Shown: positions 1 to 12,633, numbered from the stretch's first letter. The stretch: DNA of 64,000 bases from Moniliella sp. 'wahieum' (GCA_003971905.1 RSEE01000004.1:1116001-1180000); one strand, 5' to 3'. Made by a program: numbers and translations. The notes: generated from the letters alone by a model not told the origin.

Positions 1-3000
1 GTGATACTGGTGATGTGTGGCCAGCGGGGTAGCAGCCGGTAGAGGGGGGAAGCTAGAGAAGGAGGGCCAGGCCCCAGGGTGCCTTACGTTACGTTACGCC
101 ACTGCATGTGACGCGTGACGCCTCTGCTGTCTGGTGTTCGGGGCACACTAGGGCACGTTTCCAGCGATCGACCGGGTACAGATATTCATACACTGGCCCT
201 GCGCCGTCTACGCGTTGCGCTTGAAGCTCGCGTGAAGCTTGAAGCTGGCTTGAAGATCCACTCGACCAATCTCTTTCCCAGGAGCATCATGCATCATTAT
301 GCCGGTGGGGCGTTCGGTGGAAATGACCCTCTGTAGCAGAGTGGGGGCCCACATCCATCACATGCATCACACACGTCAGATCATCGATTGCTTGTTACAT
401 GTTACATGTCGCTCTCCCCGCACAGCTGCCAGTCGCTCGTCGCTCGCTCGTCGGGCCTGCACAGGCACCTAATGCCTAACCCTGTCTAACCTAGGGCCTA
501 ATATCGCGGCAAGCAAGCATTGCAGTAGGATCGACCAGGATCGACCCCTCCGACCCACCCAGTACCCAGTCCTCACCAGCTCGCCCCAGCCACTCTGTAT
601 CCAATCCCGCAGTACTTCTCCAACGGCGTACTCAGCGTAATACACTCAGCGTTAACCTCACAGCGACTCAGCATTCGGATCTCAGATCTCAAATCGGGCG
701 AATGTGTCTCATGTCCACATGCCCCCCACTGGAGCCCTATGCGAGCCATAAAATAGGACAGGCGCCCCATGCCGTGCCATTTGCTAGCTGCCAGACTATA
801 GCCGAACCTATTAGCACGGAGCCAGTTTGCTCCCGACGCCGTCGAATGATTAAGGAGGGTGCTTGCACAGCAGTATACAGAGCATCCCAGTCGCTGATTG
901 GGTCGAATGATTATCGATTATCTCGATTCATCGATTAATGGGCTCCACAGAGGCCCCTGAGGCTCAGGTGCTCGGGGCTGTCCAGGCCTGCCTGCGCGAG
1001 CGTCGAACCCGGACCTAAGCCTCCCCGGGACGTTTGTTGTTCTCCAGGTTCACAAGACCCCACACTATCGGGCTGCCTCTGTTGTCCCAATCTCCAACAG
1101 GCAGGCCCACCCCGACACAGCCGTGTCCTGAGTTTCTCTATAGCTGCCACCAACGCACTCTTACTTCCTCCCCTCATCGGCCTCATCCCTCCGGCCAGTT
1201 CGCCAATCCTGGCTCATTATTCTTTGCTCAGCGCTCGGCGCTCGACCTCAGCCGTTCGTCCCCCCGCCCGCTCTCTCGGTGTCAACGCCCTGCGACCCTG
1301 TGTGCGCGCCCCTTGCGCATCCACGGCCCCTCCGCCCCACTTCGTTTTGTAAATCCGCTGAGTGCCCCCCCGCCAACATCCGCCCCTGAGTGCAAGCCAC
1401 GCTTCCCCCGTGCGATGGCCCACAAGCTTATTCCCCCGCCGCAAGCTCCGCCGCGTCCCGGCCGACTCGAAGGTGGCTGACCTGCCTGCTGAGTCTCAGC
1501 AACATGGCACTGCCCCGTCCCCGTCGGAACAACACTCTCTTGCTCCTTCTAGCCCTCGATTTCTGCATCACACGAACCGACCACTGGACTGATGAGTACA
1601 TCCCAGGATCTCCTGCCCCCTGCCCGTGCCCAGCCCTCTCCGGCCGGGCATCCTTCTCCCCGGAGACTGTCGAATCTGCAACGGGAGCAGCGAGAGCGGC
1701 GAGAGCAGCTGATGCTCTTCCGCAATGCAGCGCTCCATCCCTCCCTCACCGGAAACAGCGAGGAGATGGGCGCGGTGGGACCATGCACTCTCTCAACGTG
1801 CTCAACTATCGGGACCCCCTGTTGAAGAGCAGATGTGTGCGTCTCACTCTGGTGCCTTTGAGTGGAGCGAGTGGGCGGCTGCACGCCTCAACCTCCCGCT
1901 TCCAGCGCCTCACCGACACATCAATCCTCCCATTCCAATTTGCTCGCCTCCCTCGACGCGCACCAGGATCCAGGGCGGAAGCCGCGGCGCCACGGCCGTT
2001 CCTGCTGCCTCCAGGTCCAGTTTCTCCTTCGCTCGTTCCTCTCCTCGTCTCTCAGTGACCGGGTCCACGTCGTCAGCGCTGGATTCACGCTCGTCCTCGC
2101 GGCCCTTACTTTTGCTTCCCCCTGTTCGCAGGGCCGGAGTTCAAGCCCAAGCCCAAGCCCAGCGACCAGCTTGGCTTCTTTCTCGGGCACGTTGCGCCCC
2201 CGCCGCCAAAGGCGGAGCGCAGCTTGTTCGCCCGAATCGGCTTGGCTTCCCGTCGCCGCGCTTCTGCGCCTGACTCGCCTCCCCATAAGCACCTGGATCC
2301 ACAGATGGGATCAGCGATCTCCCGGTAGACACTTTGTTTCTGCCCGCTCCGCCAGCTTGTCCATGCCGGCACTGATGGAGCATGGCGACCTGCCTCCCCC
2401 CTACGAGGAAATTGAACCATCCGCCTAGTCGATTTGCCTCTGCTTTTGTTGTGACTGTCGTTTATCATACTCGTACCTCTAGGTACCGACCCCACCGCCC
2501 TGAGCTCATCATCATTTCCACTTCCCCTCGCCCCAATCCTCCATCGACGACGTGCGTGCCTATCCCCGCCATCCCCGAACTCTGAAAGTGGACCGTTGTA
2601 CACTCTCCTTGTTCATGAACTGCTACGATTTTTCGGGTCGATCCACTTGGTGTGTCTTATTGACGGCAAAGGTGTAGTCAATGGATAGGCAAAACAGAAA
2701 AGAGGTATATAGTTTGCTTCGGCTTGACCGGCTGGGCCTTGAACCCCTGTCGCGCCGGATACCGGACAATGTAGTGTTGAACCCAGCCGCGAATCCACCG
2801 GTACCATGCCGTGGTCTCTCCTTTCGTTTGGGAAGGTTAGTAACTTTTCCCAGGGAATGTAAGGAAGGACGACAATCATTAATCATTGCTCATCAGCGCT
2901 GGTTGAATGAAGGATGAAGCTTGAAACTTCAAGAGCGATCTAATGTAGTTCGTCTCCCCCCCCTCCCACACACACGCCTCAAGCAGTTGATCGCCAGCAC

Positions 3001-3232
3001 TAACGTACCTGATAATCGGAACCTGTTCTACCTAATCGTTCATTCCCTGCAACTGTGATCATTCTTCTTCTTTCTCGTCCGCCTCAAGACGACGGTACGA
3101 GACTGATGATATGGATAGTGCGGGCATCATGGTATTGGTTGGCAGCGCATCCTCTAGGCCATGGCATGACGACACGGGGCGAGTAGACCAAGTCACTAGA
3201 GATGGCTCAGGTAAAATGCGAGCGTTGATACT

Positions 3233-4485
3233 CTATGTTGGACCGAAGCTCATCAATGTCAATTTCCCAAACAACGCTTCATCTTCGGAAATGAGCCGTT
3301 CAGCCTCGAGTGCAGCCATACTGAGAAGGCAAAGGAGGTTAGTAGGCGAGTTGGACAGCACAGCGAAGCGATCGAGAAACGTACCATCCTGAGCCAGCGC
3401 TGGTAATCGCTTGCCGATACCCCGATCCTGGACATCCCCGGCGGCAAGAATCCCTTGACCGAGGTCTGCGTCTTGCCCGGCGTGTGAGGATGTATCCGTC
3501 CTCGTCGCAATCCACTTGGCCACGGACGAGATCGGTGGCTGGGCGTGCCCCACCGCATAGAACAGACCAGCAGCGGGATCACGCTCTCCTGGCCAGTCTG
3601 GTTATTGCGCACCTTGACCGCCCGCAACAAGTCCTCGTCGCCCTGGGCCTCAATCACCTCCGTCTCGTACCATACCTCAATCGCTGCCTGGGCGGCCAAC
3701 CGTTTAAACAGGATAGGGCTGGCCCGCATCTGAGGTTTGCGCACCAAGACAATCACTTTAGCCGCATACCTGGTCAAGTACAACGCTTCTTCGCATGCAC
3801 TGCTCCCGCCTCCAATCACGACAACCGTCTGACCACGAAAGATGGGTGCCCCCCATCGCACACAGCGCACGTCGAAATACCGATTGCCAGTACAATTCCT
3901 CGCAGGCAAGTGGAGCCGCTTGGCAGAGGCGCCGTTGCATAAATCAGGGTGTCGGCCAGTTCATAATCATCCTCGTCAATCGACTCTGGGGGAGGGATGG
4001 GATGGGCGCAAGGGCAACCTCGAACGGGTCACGTCGATCGCGCCAGAACCGAAAGGGCGGGAAGAGAGGTCGACCCTGGCAATGCGTCGGAAATGATGGT
4101 CGTACCAAACCGGAGGGCTGGGCACGGAACTTTTCCACAATGGCCTGCCCCGAGATGCCCTCTGGGAAGCGGGAAAGTTGCCAACGTCCGAGGTGGTGGT
4201 GAGGTCGCCCCCGGCCTGGGGCACTTCGGGCGCAGCATGGCGCGACGCATCCCCATGGTTCGTATCATCCAAGCCCAGCTCAGAGGGAAGACGTGGGCCT
4301 TCAAAAAGAAGGGGTGCAGGTTGGCCCGAGCCAAGTAGATGGCAGCCGTGTGCCCGCCGGGCCAGAGCCGACGATGACGGCGCTGTGCCGCGGGCGGGTC
4401 GCGGCGGGAGGGGGAGAGAGAGGATGAGGGAGGATGAGGGTCCGAGGGGGGCGCCGAGCTGCGGCCATGATGCGGTCATGCTCAC
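3233..4485 (-). CDS. TRR1: Thioredoxin reductase (low-Mr type), frameshifted in the assembly, with a short 3' intron (~3321-3384)
   Basis: Motifs across frames: VIVGSGPAG, LARANLHP, GGDLTTTSDVGNFP, YWQ-GISTCAVCDG active site, VVVIGGGSSACEEALYLT, AAGDVQD, and GSGC|MAALEAER joined over a gtacgt...ctaac...cag intron. Confidence 0.92.
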
Positions 4486-4940
4486 CCAGGGAGCGTGGGA
4501 GGGGGGGGGGGATGGGATGGGAGAAGGAAGAGTGGGTGTGTCTGTATCCGACTACGCTCGAAGCAGGCCGACACCGATGCTTCATCTTCCTCACTGCGCC
4601 TACGCGGACATACGCCCTTTCACCCTGGCCTACATGGCGTGACGTAAAGGACCCGTCCGTTGCAATTTCACTGGGACACCACAGACACCTCGAGTCAAGC
4701 TAGTCAACCCTAACCCCCACACTCAGGTAACCCTATGGCCATTCAACAATATTCATGGCCAACCTCGCTCCTCGCCCTTCAAGCTAGCTTCAAGCTTCAA
4801 GCTGCAAGCCTTAACCCTAAGCTTGAAATGACATCATTGAGTAATTCCTGTGATGTCTTTCTGCTTGGATCGGCTCGCCACTGCCTTCACAACTTAATTC
4901 CTCTCGACCACCATTTCCATTTGCTGCTTTCTGAACTCAT

Positions 4941-4980
4941 CTCGTTATTACAGAGTAATTCTCGTTATTACAGAGTAATA
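4941..4980. repeat. 20-bp direct tandem duplication
   Basis: ctcgttattacagagtaatt followed by ctcgttattacagagtaata. Confidence 0.85.
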
Positions 4981-5226
4981 ACAGTCTGAATAGGGATTCC
5001 CTCTCCCTTCCTCTCTTCCCATCTCTTTCCCCACTTACTTACTACTCGCACACCTATTATAACTCGAGCCCGCCCACGCCCGAATTGCCCTTTCCATACC
5101 TCCCTCAGCATCCCATCCGTTCTCATCCTCCCACTGAACATCACTCCCAATGCCCCCCCCTGGTTTAACTGCCTTCTTCCTTCCATTCCTCGGAATGACG
5201 AAGAGGCCCAAAACGCTGTCAACAGC

Positions 5227-6418
5227 GTGTCGGCCGTCCTCGACGTCTTTCAAGATCACATTGCCCTTATTACCCCCTCTCAACAGAGCAGTAGTCAGTC
5301 TCACCTCATCTCCAAAGCAGCCCTGGTTTCTTGCCAAGAAGATGTCGATCGCCTAGGCTGTTTCCGACTCGAAAGCGATCCTAGTGCCCATGCGTGTGCC
5401 CTGGAGAAAGTCCAAACCATACGCGCTATATTCGGGATCTGTTGACAATTCTTCTGAATCGTTTTGCCGATCCAGACTGGTGGGAACATTGGGGACAGCT
5501 AAAAGATGGACCCATTTCTCCCACTCCTGACATGAACGCCAATCTGGACTCTTCCTCCGCGCTTAACGATGCGGATCACATTCGGGACGCTATCAGCCTG
5601 TTACGCCGCTACAGAGACTTTGGCATCCAAGGTATGGATCTGGTACATATTGCCCATGACCGCTTCCCTAATAAAATGTCGCTTTCTCTGCGCTGGACGA
5701 CGTCATTTGCACCAGACCTGCCTCTCAAGACAACTCTCCTTTTTATTTCAAAATGATTGATCAAATGTGCACGACCGTACCTGCAAAGCATATGTTGACC
5801 AGGGGGAAGGCTTTCTGGCCCTGGTTCCAGGCTCTGATGGATCGTCGGGTGTCAGTTATTCATCCCCACGCCAGAGGTACGGTCGAACTTGGCCAGAAAT
5901 ACGAGCACTACAACGAGACTCTGGATCACCAGTTGGTTGAGGTCCTCGTATCTCACATTGCCTTTGATCTATTCCATCCTATATACTCAACTGCGCGTGC
6001 ACAATTGGCTTCCGAGTATTTCATATCGGCTCAACTTCACTACGGCTATCTCACCGTCTCCCAGAAGAACGGCATGATTTTCAAGCTTCAGAAAATCCGC
6101 CGCGGTCAATGGGATGGCGCTACTCTTCTCGCACATCACAAGAAACTTGCCGCACGCTGGGAGCTCGCGACGGGAGGATCGCTTGACCCAACGCTCCTTA
6201 AGCTTTTTCTTCTTGGAGGCGTGTTGGATGACGACTTTTGCAATCAACACCAGAATGATGATTACGACACTGTGCAGTTTCATGTCAAACAATTACCGCC
6301 CTCTCCGGCTGAGAGTCTGGGCGTTGTTTATTGCTTTCGTATCGGCGGTTCATCTGCATCTGGTCCTCGATCATTCCCTTGGTTCAACGGCCGAACGACT
6401 TTCATCGCCCACTCATAA
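5227..6418 (+). mobile_element. Orphan Ty1/Copia gag-like (UBN2-like) coding region; no pol visible
   Basis: ORF 5753-6418 has a helical gag-like pattern (FWPWFQALM...KLQKIRRGQWDGATLLAHHKKLAARWELATGGSLDPTLLKLFLLGGVLDDDF); upstream ORFs 5227/5394 appear contiguous via frameshifts. Recognised by eye only. Confidence 0.45.
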
Positions 6419-7136
6419 TCTGTCTATACCACGACCGTTTTTCGGTCATCTCGCAAAATGGGGAGATGGACAACGAGATGAGTGTGACGCCACACTGGTA
6501 TAGTCGGCGCCGGTAGCCCAAGCCCGAAACCTTTTTCGGTTCATTCATTCCAATATTCCTTCCTGTGCAGGGCAGGAATCCTCTCTAGCCTCTGTAGCTC
6601 ATGTTATGCAAAACACCATCAACTGCCTGCTCCCTGGCCTCCTATAGAGAGGCCCTATTTATTAGCTACATGAGATGTCGTACGAGCTGGATTTCTGTGA
6701 AAAGAAAGCGATCCGTGTCTACAAACCAGGACGCAGGCCACCTCACCAAAAAAGACCAACTCGGAGAGCGCCTGAGAGATCCCAGAAGTTTTAAAGCGGC
6801 CTATTCCATGATGTGCGTGAGGGTGTCGGCACTACAGAGTTGATTGTTCATCACCACTCAGGTGAACAGCATCTTTTACAGATGTGTTCATCAATCCGGT
6901 AAGCAGGCCGAAACTGTCTCTTACCCTCACATGCTCTGCGCGTACTCCAGACTCCACACAAACATTCCTCTCTTCGATAATGCTTTATTCGTTTTTCGTT
7001 CCCCATCACGGTCCATATGGTGGCCGCCACAGTGTCTCTTTCGTTCCCCCTTTACCCGTCGTGGGCGTGTTGACATATACGGCCATTTACGACCCCAAAA
7101 GACACTTCCATCACCTTTGACCCAGGCTGAATTTCT

Positions 7137-7376
7137 GCATCCATATCATTGACAGAGCTTAAGGCTGTGGAACGGAGAAACGCTACGCCTAAACGGACCC
7201 ATTCATCTTGCGTGTGCTGCCTGATATATTAACACCAACCCCGTTTGAGGAACCAGAGGAATCGCCAGGGGATCAGGATCCTCTGGTGCCCGCCATCCCT
7301 TCCATACCCGAGATAGCGCGTGTGTAGATACGGATGAACGTGGTAGACATCAGAGCGAGGAACCATTTCCATTGAG
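7137..7376 (+). repeat. Dispersed ~240-bp repeat, copy 1
   Basis: Shares blocks TCATTGACAGAGCTTAAGGCTG, AACGCTACG, TCATCTTG, GGAACCAG, ATCAGGA and CGGATGAACGTGG-GACATC-GAGCGAGGAACCATTTCCA-TGAG with the reverse complement of 11959-12188, and the first blocks with that of 16745-16924. Confidence 0.9.
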
Positions 7377-7864
7377 CATCAATCTTTGAATCAATCCATA
7401 ATCGCTTAAACGACCTATACACGATCGTTCACTTATTCGCCACACTCTTCACTTCACGGACTGTGTGTGTGCCGACGACAGACAATGATGAGACTCTGCA
7501 TTAGCTTGGAGACACGGGTGTCGGTGCCGCGACACGCCACAGGAGGCAGTGTGGACGATGCTAACCTACATATACTGTGCCTCTTATAACCTCTTAGATT
7601 ATCTTTTAGATAGCTTTTTCAACTTTAACCTTGCTTCAAGCCTCTCAAGAGGGCCCCACTGCCTCGTTCGACCCTTTCGAGGACACGGCCTCGGGAAATT
7701 TCTGTCGGGAGAGGCACCCTGCAGGCACCGTTTTTGTTGCGTTGCACCATGTGCGCGAGAGAGTCTATTGGTTCCAGCATCTGAAACGCTGACTTATCTG
7801 TTTGACGTGAGGTGCATGCTACAGGTAATCTCACCAGTGACATGATTTGCCACATGTCACACAG

Positions 7865-7888
7865 TGACTAGTGACATGTGACATGTCA
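7865..7888. repeat. 7-bp-period palindrome array
   Basis: TGA CTAG TGA CATG TGA CATG TCA. Confidence 0.8.
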
Positions 7889-9348
7889 TACATGCGACAT
7901 CGCTCCTGGCGACCCGCAACGCCTGCAACGCCTCAGGCGCCTGACCGGCCTGAGCGTTTAAGCCCACAGTGGCGTTGCACAGAGCTCACATCTGAGGTAC
8001 ACGTCACACAGGTATTTGTCTGTTAAGCGTCACGCGCGACGCGTCAAGCTCGTCAAGCTTCAAGAACTTGATTGCATTACCATATGCAACACTCAGCCCA
8101 CAGTCAATAATCGTACTCAATACTAATACTATCTTAAGTATCATGCCGATCTATGTACATCATGAAAATCCCTCGGCTGATCCATCCCTCCGCTCAGCCA
8201 TTGAATCATTATTCTTGTTTTTTCTGTCCGAAAAAGCACTGATTTTGGTTATTGGGTTAGTTGGGTACCCCTTTCATATAGTGTGGAGAATAACGCGCAC
8301 ACGGCATCCTTCCTCGCCCCGGGGTCTGGCATATGTGCGCGATGAAAATATAAAAACGGAGGGGAGGGATTAGCTTATCGGGACAATGGCAGAAGAATCA
8401 TCTCGCCGTGTTTTTGCGAACACCTATAGGAGTTTTGTCGCGCTCGGTGGCGCCGTTAGCGCGTCAGCGTTCTTTTTGGCCATACGCGCACGACGCATCT
8501 ATGCCTGTAATTCTGGGTGTTCTAAAGCTGCTGACGCAGCGCTGACGGTCGGACGCGGTCCAGACCGTCTACCTTTAACGAGAATCAATAATTCCATTGT
8601 GGTCACCGGAATGTATTATGGGAGGGGAGCATTCAATATTCTCAAGGGTACCCCCCGCCCGTTCGCACATGTATATACTCAATCCTTTTATCGACCTTAT
8701 CATTAAAAACGTTAAACATATACTAACCTCCTTTTTCAACGTTCATCCACTTTGCGCAACTGGTTAGTAGTATAGTAGTAAAGTCCCTGTCACCGGGATA
8801 ATGCGTAGCCCCCACACAGATCTGATATACAGTTGTCACCACACCAAAATGAGAGAGGTAATCAAAAGCCGTAAGGCTCTGCGACATGTGAGTGTCTCCC
8901 ACTCCCCCCCCCCCCAACAAAAGTCCTACTATATTGTACTATAAATAGCGCCAGCAGCGCGCATGGAGAGAGACGAATGAGACCGTAGATGGTGACATAC
9001 AGTTTTACCCCATCAGGAGTCGCCTGCGGTGTGACCTAATAACTGAACGAAGCGTCTGAGAGAGATGTCATATAGTGTCAAACTCTTCAGGAGGAAACAG
9101 GGAGGATGTGGACAGAAATTCAAACGGTTGGGTGTGTGTGAGGAGAGGTTTACACGGTCAATTCGAGCAAGGGAGGGGGACGGGTACGGGGAATAGCGTG
9201 CGGTGTGACGACGACTGGATATATGGCGCAAACACATAAAGGAATCACGGTGGTAAAATGGCCATAAGCAAAGCACTAAGAAAGATATTAAGTGTGGGAG
9301 TCAAAGGCATTAGGAGGTTGAATCGGCGAAAGCAAAAGGAGCTCAAGT

Positions 9349-10723
9349 TTATTCTGTTTCGTCCAATCCCCCGCCTTGGCCGCAAGGGGCTGAAGCGGGA
9401 GCACACGGCGGCAGCGACAGCATCTCCCTGAGCATGTCATAGTCTTCCTGCTCTGGTGCGGTGGTAGGGTCGTGACCATAAAAGGACCAGTTACATGGGA
9501 ATAGCGGGTTGTTCGTAAAAATAGCCTCCTGGGCCTGGCCGGTAATATTGGCGTCGTTCGTCATGCGGTGGGGGATGACACCGAGAGTGTGTTGAAGTCT
9601 TGGTCGATCGGAGAATCCAGTAGGGAGACAAGATTCACCCCGCAGCCGCGAACATGTCTGCAAATGACGTATCTTCAACGCTACTTGCCTGTTGGAAGGT
9701 TGGAGTAGATGTGTCGTGGACCAGGCCCAAGCCTGGCCCTGTTTCGTTCCTGCCGGCATTGATGCCAGGATGGTTTACAATTTGGATTTTGAAGAATGCT
9801 TGGAGTCGGAACTGGAGGGAAAAAGGGATCCACATTGGTGAGGATGGGCCACGGAACAGAGGGCTGGGTGTTGGGGAGAGCATCATAGGTTCCATGGGAA
9901 ATAAGGGTGAGTTCTCTAATGGAGTAGTGGAAGAGCTGAAAGGGAACGTGGAGCCGGCTCTGCATGGGGTGAAAATGACAAAGTGGATGCCGGAAAGTGG
10001 GCGCATGCGGACCCTGCTGAGTCATGAGTGGCTTGACAAAGGCTGGGATGGGCTGCATTTCAGGCTGAGATACAGGAATATGCTTCTTTTGCATTTCCTG
10101 TTGCGTTTTCTGCCGTCGAGCATCACGGTTGCGCTGCCGTGCCTCCAGCCGGGCAATCTTCCTCTGCCCCTTCAAGCCGTGCACGGCGCATCCGTCTGGT
10201 TTCCCCCCGGGCCTGCTGGACCTTTTCCAAGGCAGCCCTATCGTGTCCTAGCTGGCGCAGAGCCAAGTCGGCATAAGCTAGTGTCCGTGTCTCCAGTGAT
10301 GAGTCGGGTGAAGCGCCTGGTGGAACTTAGCTGACTTTACTGATGAGGGGCTCTTGCGTGTAGAACGCGAGGATTTGGGTGCTTGAACTTCCAGTTGGGA
10401 TAGAGGCGCGCGTGCTCCCTCCCCTTTTCTTCAGCCCGAGCATGCCACTCACGCCGCTCGGGGGCTGGAAGATTGTGCCATACCGCTCTCAGGATCTGAG
10501 ATGCGTGACTCATGTGGGTGACTTGAGGCAACTCATCCGACTTAAGGAACCAGGAGCGGAAGAGCATGAAGGCGTTGGGAGGTCGTTTGATGTGCCCCGG
10601 CTCCCGTTTCTTCTTCGCATGGGATTTCTTGTGGACAGTAGACCCCCCCTTCTTGCAGGTCTCCAATGCTTTGCTGGGTGATGTATGAGAAATCAGTGTC
10701 TTATCGGAGCTGGTACTGCACAC
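9349..10723 (-). CDS. MATA/SOX-type HMG-box transcription factor with a low-complexity C-terminal region (boundaries uncertain; 5' part may extend to ~11129)
   Basis: SHAKKKREPGHIKRPPNAFMLFRS...SQILRAVWHNLPAPERREWHARAEEKGREHARLYPNWKF is a canonical HMG box; downstream minus-strand ORFs 9349-10184 likely continue it via frameshifts or introns. Confidence 0.85.
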
Positions 10724-11958
10724 AGACCCGCGCCCAAGCCAGGCGTTTTCTCCTTCCCCATAATCGCGCTGCAGAGTATGGATCGTCAGTATTTTCTTTC
10801 GTTGGCTGAATCAGGAGAGGATGCCCACTTACTATGAGCGCGGGTGACCAAGACGGAGAAAAGTTTAGAGTCGACGCGTGGGCCTTTGGGCAGCCCGTCC
10901 ACAACCGTACATGGAGGGGACGGCATGATAATGATGGGCGTCGAAACGAGAAGAGGAATGGGTTGAATAGGGTGTTGATGGCGGAAGGAGGGGAAGAAGG
11001 AGATGTTGATAGTGGGGTGCGCTTCGGCAGCAAGCGACATATATATATGCCGTGATGATACGGATCGGCTGGGAGACCATCCCACCGTCCGAGAGTCACC
11101 GTAGTAACCCCCTTTACGCTATCATCCATTATTTCTGACGGCCTGGCTGTGTGTTATATACATGTTATAGGACAGAGGTGTCGCAACGGGACGGGAGAAT
11201 ATGGAGATGCCGTGCACAACGCCAGAACGTATAGCATATCGCACCCTACACAGACCCTGGCTCCGGCCCAGGGACCATCAACAGTTGCCACGCATGCGTG
11301 TGTAGTATATTGCGGGGAAAGCATGCACACTGACAACAGGGAGCAAGGCACACACACTGTGATCGATGATTGGTTTTGGCGGGGGTTGTCGGCGCGCGTC
11401 CTCCACACAAATACTGTTTAGTAGCCTCGGGCCCTGAGGGAGATCCGAGGGCTTGAGGCCCTGATACCTAACGCTTATAGGCCTGGGCGCCTGAGCGGCC
11501 TGAGCGCCTGAGCAACCTGAACCCCAGAAGGCTCAGCTGGCCAGGAAAGGGACTTCGTGCATCGCCAGAAGGGACTCCGGGGGTGCCGAAAAGTGTGAGA
11601 GTATAACATAAAAAATCACCGATAACGCGCTCCCGTTTTACATTTTGCTCCTGCTGAGGCTGACGCGCTGACACGTCGCGGTGACACACACCAGTCAACG
11701 TCTAGTTGCATTTCCTCATACCGCTCTTGTTGCAATATGCCGCCAAATCGGTTGGCAATGCCGGCATAAATCTGTGGCTGCAAACCGTTTTTTTCCTCCG
11801 ACGTGATATTATTAGTGCTGTAATTTAACATATAAGCCTACCTACCCTGTGGCAAGCGCCCGGTTCTGGGTCTAACAAGTTAAAAGGGGCGGGGTCATGC
11901 TATTAGGTCAGAACTTGGGAACGACCTCTCTGTTTTATAAGGAGTTGGCTACCAAGTC

Positions 11959-12188
11959 TCAGTGGAAATGGTTCCTCGCTCGGATGTCAACCACGTTCAT
12001 CCGTGTCCATACGCGCTTCCTAGGGTACGGGACCGGATGGCGAGAGCCGGAGGGTCCTGATATCCTGGCGATACCCCTGGTTCCTTGACTTAGTGGCGCT
12101 TCCAAGTAACCCCCGCAAGATGACGGTTCGGTTTAGACGTAGCGTTCCCCCTGTCCCAGCCTTAAGCTCTGTCAATGAAATGGACGCG
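11959..12188 (-). repeat. Dispersed ~240-bp repeat, copy 2 (inverted relative to copy 1)
   Basis: ctcagtggaaatggttcctcgctcggatgtcaaccacgttcatccg...cagccttaagctctgtcaatga is a diverged reverse complement of copy 1. Confidence 0.9.
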
Positions 12189-12236
12189 GAGTAGACGATG
12201 TAACGGGTGGACGAGCCGGGAAAGTGGTCATGTGGT

Positions 12237-12348
12237 CAATGGAACGGTGGGCCAGGGGAAAATAGGGCTCTGGACCGTCGGCATGAGCAGAGGACGGCTG
12301 GGGCGAAGCCTCAGCAGACCAGGCTGTATGGCCCCGGCGTTCCCCTCG
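12237..12348 (+). mobile_element. Degenerate Helitron-like 3' end related to the 50736-51584 element
   Basis: GGAACGGTGG motif, hairpin gctggggc-gaa-gcctcagc (12297-12315) and terminus ggccccggcgttcccctcgt, compared with ggcccggtggtcccctagt at 51567-51585. Confidence 0.55.
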
Positions 12349-12633
12349 TTTAGTATACCCCGGCAAAGAGGCTCGCCCGGGTCCGAGGCTACGTAAAGGC
12401 ATCATAGTGTGCCCGTGGGATACCAATGAAATTTGATGAGAGTTTGAATCCACGGTATACTTTCGGCAGCCGATGAGAGAAGTGCCCTGAGTTGGGGTGC
12501 AGATAGTGCACGGACGAAAAAAAAATAACTGTCGAAATGATCGATCTACCTGGCAGATGGTCGAGGATTTGCGTCTGCGGGGGCGACAGTGTGGTGCAAT
12601 ACTGGTGCAACATATGGGGGAGGGAAACCGTGG

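Noticed and set aside
1034..2603. Multiple overlapping ORFs, one ending in a PPPY motif
   Set aside because: No recognisable domain; overlapping ORFs are expected at this GC content. A real gene may be present but I cannot define it.
4705..4820. Telomere-like CCCTAA units
   Set aside because: Only one or two units per site; not a telomere or a convincing interstitial array.
11959..12188. Dispersed repeat as an HDV, hammerhead or pistol ribozyme, or a Fanzor omega-RNA
   Set aside because: Only fragmentary resemblance (TTCCTCGC, terminal TCAA); the required pseudoknots or catalytic cores could not be built, and there is no RuvC ORF nearby.
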